A stretch of DNA of 64,000 nt. Origin: Thermoplasmatota archaeon. Lineage in GTDB: Archaea; Thermoplasmatota; E2; JACPAO01; JAHFTW01. Below the pieces are notes generated by a model. The model had not been told where the DNA came from and searched no databases. It saw only the letters and a program-made list of their open reading frames with translations. A program made the translations under genes and the position numbers. The stretch covers positions 96,001 through 160,000 of the forward strand of contig JBFIHX010000006.1 in assembly GCA_041601615.1 (NCBI GenBank), given 5' to 3'. The stretch's first letter is position 1. Every line of letters begins with the position of its first letter. Positions 11,601-20,041 of this stretch are shown here, piece after piece.

Positions 11601-12583
11601 TGTCCCGGGCGCACCCCCATGAAGTCTTGGTGCAGGTATTGATCATTGCCGCCAAGGTCAACCAGGAAATGGACATCCTCTGTGATGACGTTATCATCCT
11701 CACCCATGATGAGTAGGCCAGGAAGCCCAACGCCGTTGGAGCTGCGGACGGGACTTCGGATGAGCGTTCCTTCACGATCTTCTGGGTCGGCCCAGAGGTC
11801 GCCGGCGTCGCCGCCCGTGTTCGGATCGGTGCCCAGCACAGTCTCCACTTGGTCGGGAGCGCTGTCCCCGTCTTGGTCAATCTCCGAAGGGACGTGGTTG
11901 CTGGCAGGGACCTGGACGGTGGGACTCGCAGCCTTGACTTCGGCGATGGCTCGCGTTAGCAAATCCGCTGCTTGCAGATTCTTGATGATGTCCACTTTCT
12001 CGACAATGGAGGCCGCTTCGGCCTCGTACGCGTCAAATCCGGTCAGCCCAGTGCGGAGTTGCCATTGCTGAATCGTCTCTGCATCTTGCCCAAGAAACAG
12101 TATTTCTTCCGGAGTCAATGCGGCGATCGCTTCTCCTTGCAAGCGTTCTGATTCTAGGAATGCAAGCACAAGGTGTGCCAATGCCAAATCCAGTTCTGGG
12201 CTCAGACCCAATTGGTGCACCGCAGCCGTGGCGTTGGCACGTTCTAGTAGCGTCGCGTTCCGGTCCAATGCATAGATGTTCAAGGCGCCAATCAACGAAA
12301 TTGCATCAGACGGGACGGGTACTTGATCAAATACTGCCCAAGTTTGCAGCATCTCGGAAAGATCCGACGGGCGTTCAGAGGGTTCAATTTTATCCGCAAG
12401 AGCCGATCGTAGCGCCGCTGACGGCAACCATTCTATTGCCTGGAACGTAGCTGCCACGTCCCCCTGTACGAAGGGAATCGAATGATTCTCCGGTCCCGGC
12501 GACACGCAGCCGCTAAGAACCGCAGCGCTCGTGAGAACGACGACGAGAAGGCTCTGATTGCGCAAGGAAATGCGACGAGTCAT
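5693..12583 (-). CDS. Giant lipoprotein (~2,300 aa): helical N-domain, D-x-G-G-x-D-x-Y solenoid repeats, Ig-like/FN3 array, PGF-CTERM-like tail
   Basis: ORF 5693..12676; likely start MTRRIS at 12583. Lipobox VLSG-C. Repeats FLVDLGGNDQY, LLIEPGGDDKF, LLLDLEGNDQY, ILLDQFGHDSY. Ig-like D..P..AEDRAGN units and FN3-like segments (AIFTWTTDQPATSRVYYG, LLSWNAADDDSGIRSY). C-terminus APGVFLLLPLLAALYVARRWRS. Confidence 0.9.
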   Translation of the reverse strand: MTRRISLRNQSLLVVVLTSAAVLSGCVSPGPENHSIPFVQGDVAATFQAIEWLPSAALRSALADKIEPSERPSDLSEMLQTWAVFDQVPVPSDAISLIGALNIYALDRNATLLERANATAAVHQLGLSPELDLALAHLVLAFLESERLQGEAIAALTPEEILFLGQDAETIQQWQLRTGLTGFDAYEAEAASIVEKVDIIKNLQAADLLTRAIAEVKAASPTVQVPASNHVPSEIDQDGDSAPDQVETVLGTDPNTGGDAGDLWADPEDREGTLIRSPVRSSNGVGLPGLLIMGEDDNVITEDVHFLVDLGGNDQYLHQDFMGVRPGQDDLIRNQNGILIRQPRFVKVALDLGAGDDQYVPETQVVDHQRTGSSFFDAASAPSLGGASLGVAVLVDNGGSNVFRSQFELNLALNNRPLGSTADVESLAYGVMQGAGLFGGVGILATFDAINDAVASVDASAKVNGGDQLKLPKSTALGIAQGGAWLGVGVLAAFGDGADTFETHTLATTPGHSFGVGSEAIFMAVAQGAARGGAGLLLQETGSTSYSADAPVAQASAWSLKRPDVFGGDEDGYDASTYSVRSINTFATLAVLWGGNQSDEYLAHDLAQASALGAHDWTGDDGPWFYYGHDRELRHPLLADSDLEDNTQSRWAPAVALLIEPGGDDKFTIKESIFNAAGQGAGMLGGLALLLDLEGNDQYESEVSKLTQGAGWLGQGILLDQFGHDSYTAKEKSQGYATDEPRDLLFTGVCHGLPVDGTRFWSTAWCTDDDAGLGNFGKDLEVETYSDVTSQAWILFAAQIPTVGALVDRHGLDRYQADRAAQGYAEAFFQYGAQAGICRIDEFAFSFPQGTYVPLAKGVGPTCGIYFPGQIVNGEPTSWQEPNIQAPPSNGFLLGLLFDADNHDIYIYGINEGDDQKMPLDGDPLSRPLDDNDWSWEQTAHADRYVSDVTVPDSTTLEPVPEPVKDPDSNLPAERLPDSPAIHGFGVDIELTGDLTQGLPGSFLASIVPVEIELIVTTDEDPGSVAVTSGKGTLFIHATVTRDDKIPIQSIDFLANSRVVAQEAYDEAKETYTAEWDTTARNGIQLMFRDGDYWVQASAVLDFGNGRLATVESNPVLVSLNNPPVVLPEIDRNQVSFRNPDTFANLAVGLAQDLEAPPGESVPPGFYPGAYLTIEIDGPMHHVVQPKQYFAINAEGQPIVNGVPATFSLNGMCGLQSCPDGMYTVMVTAEDSGGDTATWSEGQVLYDGTAPRARIIIPSYASLDYQDGTQVLRLPWDWDNDPLNIGTVADVDAIDIYQIHVADGQIQYLTSGTSGFTKVQGISTGNVLSFLAVGRDVLGNTESPCGTSSVDEPVCAQAKLDAICSINDDPCLGIPIEYGARRTIVDFIPPRIDPLTASHKYVQPGVTPVVYKAKITDVGSGINPASVRISFSNMVGDFPMTDANGDSVYEFNKWNQVNDGVSADEEPYTYTVKAEDRAGNPVDLGKSGILDNVAPTIEILPTRYSLAGVERQAAREGARVDIRIIVQDAEVSTVTADFTGVNETIGIKPCTYDLDTIENPHDRLCTIFLPPNVDDGPYEVIVKATDSAGNSFARSAPLVVSDSAVIISDVAVAETGHDYAIFTWTTDQPATSRVYYGRTSDLGLSSAFNLTPDTNHRVRIDGLPPAMNHYAVVASENLAGAESRSVPVTFTSGSGLRLQFLELTEKKVLKGDSILSLQLGVDGVDQSPANIVLFTERTDGSSVRQRVSNVVASAGNVQFSVDSTLLNDGPMYFVAQVFRARDVVEVKSPLIIIDNTPPVLAPLRPLPGDQVDSSVATFELLVFNAGQGTDINQKALQVLLDNAPVSPASVTFGNGQLSRSLRIVLPPMPDGAHELEIKIPDMAGNVGNVSLAFTAGQGVPDLSRVDYGSYTAGRPGSAVRFILDSPAPLSAVQVDTAPISSDLISLAYSNKWIGEWTIPDHLKTGSYSMSALTTDVYGETSRAVDAFTLDVDADPPNLDAKLVPTGPASAKVTATSPEPVQLQILSEGKLLHSSSKALKEHTVSLSGLAVGKTFQATIIATDASGNPTQNTLYALLPVDERNPGAVTGLTARQKGHEVLLSWNAADDDSGIRSYRVERDGWSKDVQGTSVVDPTAFGGQNLMYQVTATDLVGNTGPKKDVAIQVKDLFELLQVHVTPEIGNTTTPFDLRVGLRHNLPGAPDVTIIINKRPVSMTADNSAADCRLECWYAASQVLPPTRIGSPLDLQLNVEIGAFSNSTPVQSSVMVVQSTPSQDAPGVFLLLPLLAALYVARRWRS

Positions 12584-12767
12584 GATTACCACACCACGAG
12601 CACCCACCTTGTGAGCGGGCACTCTGACACTCATTGGAAGGTGGACCAAACCGCTTGTGACCAAATCATTACCCACAATGCATGTGGTTTCACGCAGAGC
12701 TTATGTTGCGTGGACAGACTGGGCGTAGCCACGTTGCCGTATGGTGCGGTAACGGGTGTGGTTGCAA

Positions 12768-13775
12768 ATGCCCGAGACGATCCTCAAACAACGGCCTGGA
12801 AACGGCCGCCCGACAAACAGCCTCGACCAAGCGGTCGCCCATGTTCGCAACACGAGCAATCGCCTCTTGGAAGAGGTCAGCAAGGTCATCGTGGGCAAAA
12901 AAGAGGTCATGCGATTGGTCATGGTCGACATCCTTGCCCAGGGCAACATCCTGTTCGAGGATTTCCCAGGTCTCGCCAAAACGGTGATGGCCAATACGTT
13001 CGCGCTCGCCAGCGGCTGCGACTTCAAGCGCATCCAATTCACGCCCGACGTGCTTCCCAGCGACATCACCGGCAGCTACGTCTTTGACCAGAACACGGCC
13101 GAATTCACGTTCCGCCCCGGCCCGGTCTTCTGCAACTTCCTGCTCGGCGACGAGATCAACCGCGCACCGCCCAAGACCCAGTCCGCCATGCTCGAAGCCA
13201 TGCAAGAGCGCCAGGTCAGCATCGAGGGCCGCACCCACAAACTCGGCAAACCCTTCGTGGTCATGGCGACCCAGAACCCCGTCGAACAGGAAGGGACCTA
13301 CCCGCTGCCCGAAGCCCAAATGGACCGCTTCCTCATGCGCCTCAGCGTCGGCTACCCCAGCACCGAAGACGAGGCCGAAATCGCCCGCCGCCGCATCAGC
13401 CGCGGCAAAGACGACTTCGACGTGGAGCAAGTAACCAACCCCCAGGACTTGCTGCGCATGCAGGACGCCTGCGAACACGTCCACATCGACCCGTCGATTC
13501 TCCACTACATTGCCCGTATCATCACCGCGACCCGCGACCACCCGGACACCCACGTAGGCAGCAGCCCCCGCGGCACCCTGGGCCTGGTCAAAGCCGCCCG
13601 CGCCAGTGCCGCCCTCAACGGCCGCACCTTCGTGAGCCCCGATGACGTGCGCGGCCTCGCCATCCCGGTCCTCGCGCACCGCATCATCCTGACGCCGGAC
13701 GCCCGCTTCGAGGGCCGCACCGGTGCCGACGTGATCCGCGACATCATCAAGCGCATCAAGGCCCCGACGGTGTGA
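12768..13775 (+). CDS. moxR: MoxR family AAA+ ATPase
   Basis: Walker A variant EDFPGLAKT, RIQFTPDVLPSDITG, DEINRAPPKTQSAMLEAM, ATQNPVEQEGTYPLPEAQMDRF, GSSPRG. Start placed at the ATG of MPETIL. Confidence 0.96.
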   Translation: MPETILKQRPGNGRPTNSLDQAVAHVRNTSNRLLEEVSKVIVGKKEVMRLVMVDILAQGNILFEDFPGLAKTVMANTFALASGCDFKRIQFTPDVLPSDITGSYVFDQNTAEFTFRPGPVFCNFLLGDEINRAPPKTQSAMLEAMQERQVSIEGRTHKLGKPFVVMATQNPVEQEGTYPLPEAQMDRFLMRLSVGYPSTEDEAEIARRRISRGKDDFDVEQVTNPQDLLRMQDACEHVHIDPSILHYIARIITATRDHPDTHVGSSPRGTLGLVKAARASAALNGRTFVSPDDVRGLAIPVLAHRIILTPDARFEGRTGADVIRDIIKRIKAPTV

Positions 13776-16700
13776 ACGTGGCCGGCTCGCAGTCCAAAGG
13801 GGTTCCTCGACTCCATCCCCGCACGCTCGCCGTGACGGCCGCCGTCCTAGCGGTAGCCATCCTGATTGCCGCCGTGGTGTTTGCCGCAGTGAGCAACGGC
13901 TCCAGCGCAGCGGACGCCAGCCTGCCGCCCGACGCGGCGGGCTTCGCAAGCTTGGACTTGCAGGGCCGAACGGACACGGACGGCGACGGGCTCGCCGACG
14001 CCACAGAAAACTACGTCACCGGCACAGATCCCGGAAATTGGAGCACGAATGGCGACCCCATTCCAGACGGATGGCTTGCCCGCGTCGGTCAAGATCCGTT
14101 GCGTCCAGGCGCCGCATACTTGCCCGCCACCAGCCCGCCCTCCAGCGCGGTGCCCGCCGCCTGGGGCCCCAACGGCATACAACAGTTGACCCCGAGCCTG
14201 TGGGACGTGTATTCCTATGGCCGCCCCAGCGACTGGGATGAAGAAACCATGGGCGGCTGGAACAGCAAACTCGACCCCAACAATTGGGACCAAAACAACG
14301 ACGGCATCCCCGACGGATTCCTGCTGCTGCATGGCCTAAGCCCCCTTGCCAACATTGCCGACGAAAAACCGGCCAACGGCCTGTCCGTGCGTGAAGCATA
14401 CAAGCACGCAACCAACCCAACGGTGCTCGATACCGACGGCGACGGCCTCACAGACCAAGCCGAAATCAAAGGCGGCGTCTACGATGGCATCACCGTCCCG
14501 CCGTCCGATCCGCTGCGGTTCGATTCGAGCGGAACCGGCGCGTGCGACGGGTACCTAGCCTACCACGGCATCGACCCCAACGACGGCGCCCTAGCTCGCT
14601 CGGACCCCGACAAGGACGGCGCCAGCACCGTGCAGGAAGCCATTTGGAGTTTCCAAAAACTGGGCAGCTTCGCCTGCTCCACTCGCGCCGGGCTCGACCC
14701 CAATGACGCCACCAGCGGCGACGCCCGAGTGCCCGACGGCTGGCTCCTTCGATACGGCCTGGATCCACTCAAGGCGGGCGTGGATACAATCGTCACCCAG
14801 AAAGCCAGCACCGACCCCGGCCCCGCACTCGCTGGCGCCGACCTCATCTTAACCGTGCGTGACGAATACAACGCCAACAAACCGCCCGAATGGAAAGAAT
14901 CCGTCTCGGGGCCATGGCCCCACGGCACCGACCCAACCAAACTTGACACCGATGGCGACGGCCTCGGCGACGCCTGGGAACTACGCGGCTACTCCATTAC
15001 GGTCACCACCGACGTGGGGAGCGCCGACTCCATAACCCAAAAAGTGCGCCCCAACCCCACCCGCCAAGATACCGACGGCGACGGCGTTCCTGATGGCGCG
15101 GAAGCAAACGCAAGCCCCCCCACCGACGCCACGCGCCGCGATACGGACCTAGACGGGCTCTCCGATCAATTTGAAACGGCGCACCCGCGCCTGAACCCCC
15201 TGCGCGCCGACAGCGCCGGCGACCTACTCAGCGACGGCCAACGCTACCTCCTGCTCGAAGCCAACGCCAAGAAATACAGCACCAATTCCAACTACGACTG
15301 CATCGCCGGGCCCGGCACCTGCCTGCACAAAACCGTCAACGATTGGCTAGCAAAAACCCCTGGCGGCCTGCTGCAACTGCCGCTCACCCCCGCAAAGGTC
15401 GCCGCCTTGCTTGGCCCCGACGGCGACGTGGACAACGACGGCGACCCCAACATCATCGACCGCGACATGGACAACGACGGCATCGACAACGGCGCCGAAG
15501 TGGATCCGAGCCTATACGCTCGCACCAGCTACGGCCTTGGGCCCCTCGGAGCCCGCTCCGCCACGGACCCCCTCAATCTCGACTCGGACGGTGACGGCTT
15601 GCGCGACGGCTGGGAAGTTCAATACGGCGTCCCCGCCGGCTCCGTCTACGACCTCGACCCTTCTCTATGGGACAGCGACAAGAACGAAATCAGCGACGGC
15701 AAGGAAGATCCCGACAAGGACAGCATTACTTGGTTCTCCTACCGTCTCACCGGCGGCAGCGCCATCGCCGACCCACACACATTCGCCCACGACAATCTCT
15801 CCGAACAAACCTACGAAACCCACCCGCGCAAACGATACAGCGACGATGATGGCCTGCGTGACGGTTGGAAGGTGTTCTGGAGCCAAGTATACCCCGGAAC
15901 CGTAGGCGTCAATCCAACCCTTCGCGGCGACGTGTACCCGGGATCCCCCGGCGCGTTCCTCATCAACCCTGCTCGACCCGCACCCGTCGTAGGGCTCGCA
16001 CAGGCAGATACCGTTCTCTCCACGGTCGCCACCCACCGCACCATCGTCCTCGACAGCACCACCGACGACCGCATGCTGCCGCATGAACAGAAAGGCACCG
16101 TGTACGGCAACATCGACGACGGCAAGGGCGGCACCCGCAACCTCGTCGTACTCACCGGCATCCGCGAATTCACTTTCAGCGACGCCCAGGACGCAGTTGC
16201 CAATCCCTATGTGGACGACACCGACGGCGACGGCATGCCCGACGCCTGGGAACGGGCACACAATCTAGTGTTTGGCGACCAAGAATGCACCGGCAGCAAC
16301 GGCCCCAAAGTGGCGGTGTATGACGCAGACGTAGACGGCGATGGCGACGACCTCTCCCATGGTGAGGAATACGCCCAGTGGATTCTCCCACCCGACCAAC
16401 GCAGCCACCCCCACCCCCTCTGTGCAGACAGCGACCACGACACATTCTCCGACGGCGAGGAATTGGAACTTGGCCTTGATCTTGACGACCCCACCAGTGG
16501 CCTCGTCGACGACGGCACCGATCAAGACCAAGACGGCATCACGGATTTGCAAGAACGCCGCACCCGTGGCACGCACCCGCTGCGCGTCGACACCGACGGG
16601 GACGGCCTCGCCGATGGCGCCAACCTCGGACCATACCCCAAAACCAGCAACGAAGCAAAGCGACTCCTAGAACTGGGCATCGCCATGGAAGTGCAGGGCG

Positions 16701-19700
16701 ACAACATCCTGTTTTTCGGCGAGCAATCCTTCAACGCCGACCCCCTCAACGCCGATCCTACCGGCACCGGCGTGCCACAAGGATGGCTCGTGGTGCGCTG
16801 CCAATGCCTCACCAATCCCCCCGCCAATACCCGCGATGTCTACACGATTGGCATGCCGGCTTGGTGGGATCACTCCATCCACGGCCCCTGGTGGGGCGGC
16901 GGCGTCACCACTGCCGAGAAAAACAACCCAACCGCCGCGCGCAACAGCATCGATTTGGACGAAGATGGCCTGCTGGACCGACTCGGAGAAGACCTGTATC
17001 CCGCCGTAAACCGCGCCAACGTGCCCCTCGCCATCACCCCCGCAGTACACCCCACGCTCGTAGACTGGGACTCCGAAGTGGACCCGACGGACGGTACGGC
17101 TCCAGCCCTCAACCGCCGGCTCGCAGCACAGTCATTGCTCAACCCTCGCGTTTTCGTGGAGACCAAAGGCATTGGCCGCGACCCAGCACCCTCCACCCAA
17201 ACCAGCCCGCCTTCCCAGATTCGGGCAACCCCCACTCTCAGCGTCGACGATCCCGGTGAGCTGACCAAAGGCGCCTCATTCGTGGTCTCTGGCACGCTCC
17301 AAGCGGCTGGCAAAATCGCCGGAGTCACCGTCGTGGCAGAAATCGCCGGGCAGCCATTGGGCGCCGGGTTCACCGATTCCACGGGCGCATTTTCCTTCAC
17401 TGCCAAGCTCGCCGCCGACCATAGCGTCGTGGTCCCCGCTGGCTCCGTTTTCAAGGGAAAATCTGGAAAAGCAGTGGATTGGACCACCGACAGCAGTGCA
17501 CTTCAGCCGGGCGACCGGAAGCTGCGGGTGTACACCTACGCAACCCCCAACACAACACCCTTCACTGCCGATCGCGCCCCGTTGCATCGCACGGAACAGA
17601 GCCTGCCGGTTACCGTGAAGACCCCGACCACAGTCACCATCGAAACACCCGCCGAAGTCCTCGCCGGCGAGCGATTCGTCATCCAAGTCACCACCACCGA
17701 CGCCTCCGGCGATCCGTTGCGTGAACCAGTTCGCATCCAAACGCCAAGGGGAACCGAAAATCTTGCTCCCGATATCAACGGCCAAGTCGAGTACGCGGTA
17801 CAGTCTGCCAATACAGATGCGGGGAGTTTCATCATCCACGCCACCACTGTCCCCACGACGACGTTGGTAACTTCCGGCACAGCAGATGCGCTCACCCGCA
17901 TTCTTTTGCCCGTCACCATCAATTTGCAAGCCTTGCCTACTTCCGTGCAGGCCGGCCAAACCATCAACGTGGGCGGATCCGTCACGCACGCACTGGGCGG
18001 CGCCTCCGGCGTCCCCGTCAAGCTCCAAGTGGCCGGTGTTGTCACCCAAGTCCTCACGAATTCCGACGGATCCTATAACAGCCCCTTGACCATTTCCAAA
18101 AACCAAGCGCCCGGCACGATTGTCGTTCAAGCCAGCGCCGAAAAAACAGGCACCACGCAAGCCAAATCCACGAGCCGAAGCACCACCGTCCTGGCGCTGC
18201 CTCGACTCCTTGACACCTCACCCACCCTAATGCCTCTTGGCGCGCCCGTACTCATCAAGGGCACACTCCTCGACGCAGAAGGCGCCCCCATCGCCAACGC
18301 CGCCATCAAATTCACCCTTGGCGACCAAGCCGGAACCCTCACCACCAATACGCTGGGAGCGTTCGAAAAGAAGGTTGCGTGGTCGCCACAACCTGGCCCA
18401 AGCCAGCAGACGCTACGGTTTGCAGGCAGCAGCCAATACGGCGCCGTAGAGCAAAGCAAGGAACGATTCATGGTCAGTGACACATTCTTGACCGTGGAAC
18501 CGGGCACTGTGCTGCGAGGCACCACCCTCGAACTCAAAGCCGTGCTCAAAGACGCCGCAGACCGCCCCGTCGTGGGCGTTCCAATCATCGTCGGCCACGA
18601 AGGCAACAACGTCACCGTCGTCACGGGCGCAGGGGGCCTCGCCCGCGCCGACCTAGACACCACGCAGTGGAGCCTCGGCGAGCACAATCTTACCGTTGGT
18701 TTCCTCGGCACCGGAGACGGATCGCTGCGTCCCACCAAAGCAACCTCCCTGTGGACTGTCTCCAGCAAACTCAAACTCATCGTCCCCGAAGGGCCATTCC
18801 TCGCAGGCACAACACCTACCGCGCCGCGCCTCGTCGACGCCGCCACCGGCACCGGAGTGATGCGGGACCTGCTGCTCACCCATCCTGATCAGAGCAAACA
18901 AAGCGCCACCACGCGCACGGACGGCTCCTTCGACCTCTACGGCACGCTCCCCGCCGACGCCGAACCCGCCGAATTTGTCTGGAAAGTCCACTCCGACGGC
19001 GATGACAACTATCCCGCATTCGACCAAGACGTGCCGCTGCGCATCGTCTCCGCCACCACCCTCACCCTCAAAATCAGCAACGATGCCGTAGCGGGCAAAC
19101 CACTGCAGCTCCAAATCTCCGCCATCGACGGCCGAGGCGTCCCCGGCACAGGCGAAGTTCGCGTCTTCTTGGACGGCGTTCTCTACGAACGAACCACACT
19201 GAAGGACGGAAAACTCATTCTCGCCCCCGTCACGCCGGACGCCGCACAAGCCACCCTCAAAGTCGAATTCGACGGATCCGCCCAACAATCCGCAGCGACC
19301 GCCGAACGCACCCTTGAGGTTCTACGCCCCACCGTCATCAAGCTGGACGTGCAAGAAGGAAAGAACGGACTCGCCCGCATCACCGTCACAGCCACCCGCG
19401 ACGGCCAACCCCTGCCCTACCGCGACCTGCACGTCAGCCTCGAAGACCTCCCCGGTGGCATCGACATTCTGACAGACGAGCACGGCAAGGCGTCCTTCAG
19501 CTACCAACGCACCCAAGAGCGCGTCGCCGTCGCCGTCCGCCTCGATGCCCAATCCGGCGAAGAGCGCAGCCTCGCCACCACCGTCCTGGGCACCCCGACA
19601 GCCCCCGGCCCCGACGTCTGGTCCAACCTCGCGCCCTACGTCTGGACCCTGCCCGTTTTGCTGGTCCTCGCGGCCCTCTCCATCACCGCCGCGCTGCTAT

Positions 19701-20041
19701 GGCGCCGCCGCAGTCCCCTAGAACAAGAACTGCGCGAAACCCTGCGCACCGTGCGCGGACAAGGCCCCGTCGAAGAAGTGATCCTGCACGCATACTACGT
19801 CCTCCAAAGAGCCGCTCTGCGACGGCAATGGATCACCGAGGAAGCCCCCACGCCTCGCGCGCTCCAAGAAACCCTCATCAAGGAAATCCCCCGCGTGCCG
19901 CAACCACCCCTCGGCGCCCTCATTGGCCTCTTCGAAACCGCCCGCTACGGCAACCGCACCCTAGGAGAACAACACCGCCAACTGGCCATTCGTGCCATTG
20001 AAACCATCCGGCGAGCCACCGCATGGGGAGGTCGAGCATGA
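13772..20041 (+). CDS. 2,089-aa membrane-anchored protein: thrombospondin-type-3-like DxDxDG Ca-binding repeats, Ig-like array, C-terminal TM plus DUF4129-like domain
   Basis: N-terminal hydrophobic anchor. Many DTDGDG(L/V)xD and PDGW....G.DP repeats, then beta-rich Ig-like modules. TM PYVWTLPVLLVLAALSITAALLWRRR, then APTPRAL...LIGLFETARYG, typical of DUF4129. GTGA overlap with moxR. Confidence 0.85.
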   Translation: MNVAGSQSKGVPRLHPRTLAVTAAVLAVAILIAAVVFAAVSNGSSAADASLPPDAAGFASLDLQGRTDTDGDGLADATENYVTGTDPGNWSTNGDPIPDGWLARVGQDPLRPGAAYLPATSPPSSAVPAAWGPNGIQQLTPSLWDVYSYGRPSDWDEETMGGWNSKLDPNNWDQNNDGIPDGFLLLHGLSPLANIADEKPANGLSVREAYKHATNPTVLDTDGDGLTDQAEIKGGVYDGITVPPSDPLRFDSSGTGACDGYLAYHGIDPNDGALARSDPDKDGASTVQEAIWSFQKLGSFACSTRAGLDPNDATSGDARVPDGWLLRYGLDPLKAGVDTIVTQKASTDPGPALAGADLILTVRDEYNANKPPEWKESVSGPWPHGTDPTKLDTDGDGLGDAWELRGYSITVTTDVGSADSITQKVRPNPTRQDTDGDGVPDGAEANASPPTDATRRDTDLDGLSDQFETAHPRLNPLRADSAGDLLSDGQRYLLLEANAKKYSTNSNYDCIAGPGTCLHKTVNDWLAKTPGGLLQLPLTPAKVAALLGPDGDVDNDGDPNIIDRDMDNDGIDNGAEVDPSLYARTSYGLGPLGARSATDPLNLDSDGDGLRDGWEVQYGVPAGSVYDLDPSLWDSDKNEISDGKEDPDKDSITWFSYRLTGGSAIADPHTFAHDNLSEQTYETHPRKRYSDDDGLRDGWKVFWSQVYPGTVGVNPTLRGDVYPGSPGAFLINPARPAPVVGLAQADTVLSTVATHRTIVLDSTTDDRMLPHEQKGTVYGNIDDGKGGTRNLVVLTGIREFTFSDAQDAVANPYVDDTDGDGMPDAWERAHNLVFGDQECTGSNGPKVAVYDADVDGDGDDLSHGEEYAQWILPPDQRSHPHPLCADSDHDTFSDGEELELGLDLDDPTSGLVDDGTDQDQDGITDLQERRTRGTHPLRVDTDGDGLADGANLGPYPKTSNEAKRLLELGIAMEVQGDNILFFGEQSFNADPLNADPTGTGVPQGWLVVRCQCLTNPPANTRDVYTIGMPAWWDHSIHGPWWGGGVTTAEKNNPTAARNSIDLDEDGLLDRLGEDLYPAVNRANVPLAITPAVHPTLVDWDSEVDPTDGTAPALNRRLAAQSLLNPRVFVETKGIGRDPAPSTQTSPPSQIRATPTLSVDDPGELTKGASFVVSGTLQAAGKIAGVTVVAEIAGQPLGAGFTDSTGAFSFTAKLAADHSVVVPAGSVFKGKSGKAVDWTTDSSALQPGDRKLRVYTYATPNTTPFTADRAPLHRTEQSLPVTVKTPTTVTIETPAEVLAGERFVIQVTTTDASGDPLREPVRIQTPRGTENLAPDINGQVEYAVQSANTDAGSFIIHATTVPTTTLVTSGTADALTRILLPVTINLQALPTSVQAGQTINVGGSVTHALGGASGVPVKLQVAGVVTQVLTNSDGSYNSPLTISKNQAPGTIVVQASAEKTGTTQAKSTSRSTTVLALPRLLDTSPTLMPLGAPVLIKGTLLDAEGAPIANAAIKFTLGDQAGTLTTNTLGAFEKKVAWSPQPGPSQQTLRFAGSSQYGAVEQSKERFMVSDTFLTVEPGTVLRGTTLELKAVLKDAADRPVVGVPIIVGHEGNNVTVVTGAGGLARADLDTTQWSLGEHNLTVGFLGTGDGSLRPTKATSLWTVSSKLKLIVPEGPFLAGTTPTAPRLVDAATGTGVMRDLLLTHPDQSKQSATTRTDGSFDLYGTLPADAEPAEFVWKVHSDGDDNYPAFDQDVPLRIVSATTLTLKISNDAVAGKPLQLQISAIDGRGVPGTGEVRVFLDGVLYERTTLKDGKLILAPVTPDAAQATLKVEFDGSAQQSAATAERTLEVLRPTVIKLDVQEGKNGLARITVTATRDGQPLPYRDLHVSLEDLPGGIDILTDEHGKASFSYQRTQERVAVAVRLDAQSGEERSLATTVLGTPTAPGPDVWSNLAPYVWTLPVLLVLAALSITAALLWRRRSPLEQELRETLRTVRGQGPVEEVILHAYYVLQRAALRRQWITEEAPTPRALQETLIKEIPRVPQPPLGALIGLFETARYGNRTLGEQHRQLAIRAIETIRRATAWGGRA

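Noticed and set aside
12690-13949. 419-aa minus-strand ORF and similar long antisense or alternate-frame ORFs across the window
   Set aside because: They overlap well-supported genes, have Arg/Pro- or Gly/Val-biased composition, and are expected from high GC3.
14530-14580. GACDGY as a transglutaminase catalytic Cys motif
   Set aside because: It aligns with the PDGW/PDGF repeat unit, and no downstream His/Asp motif was seen.
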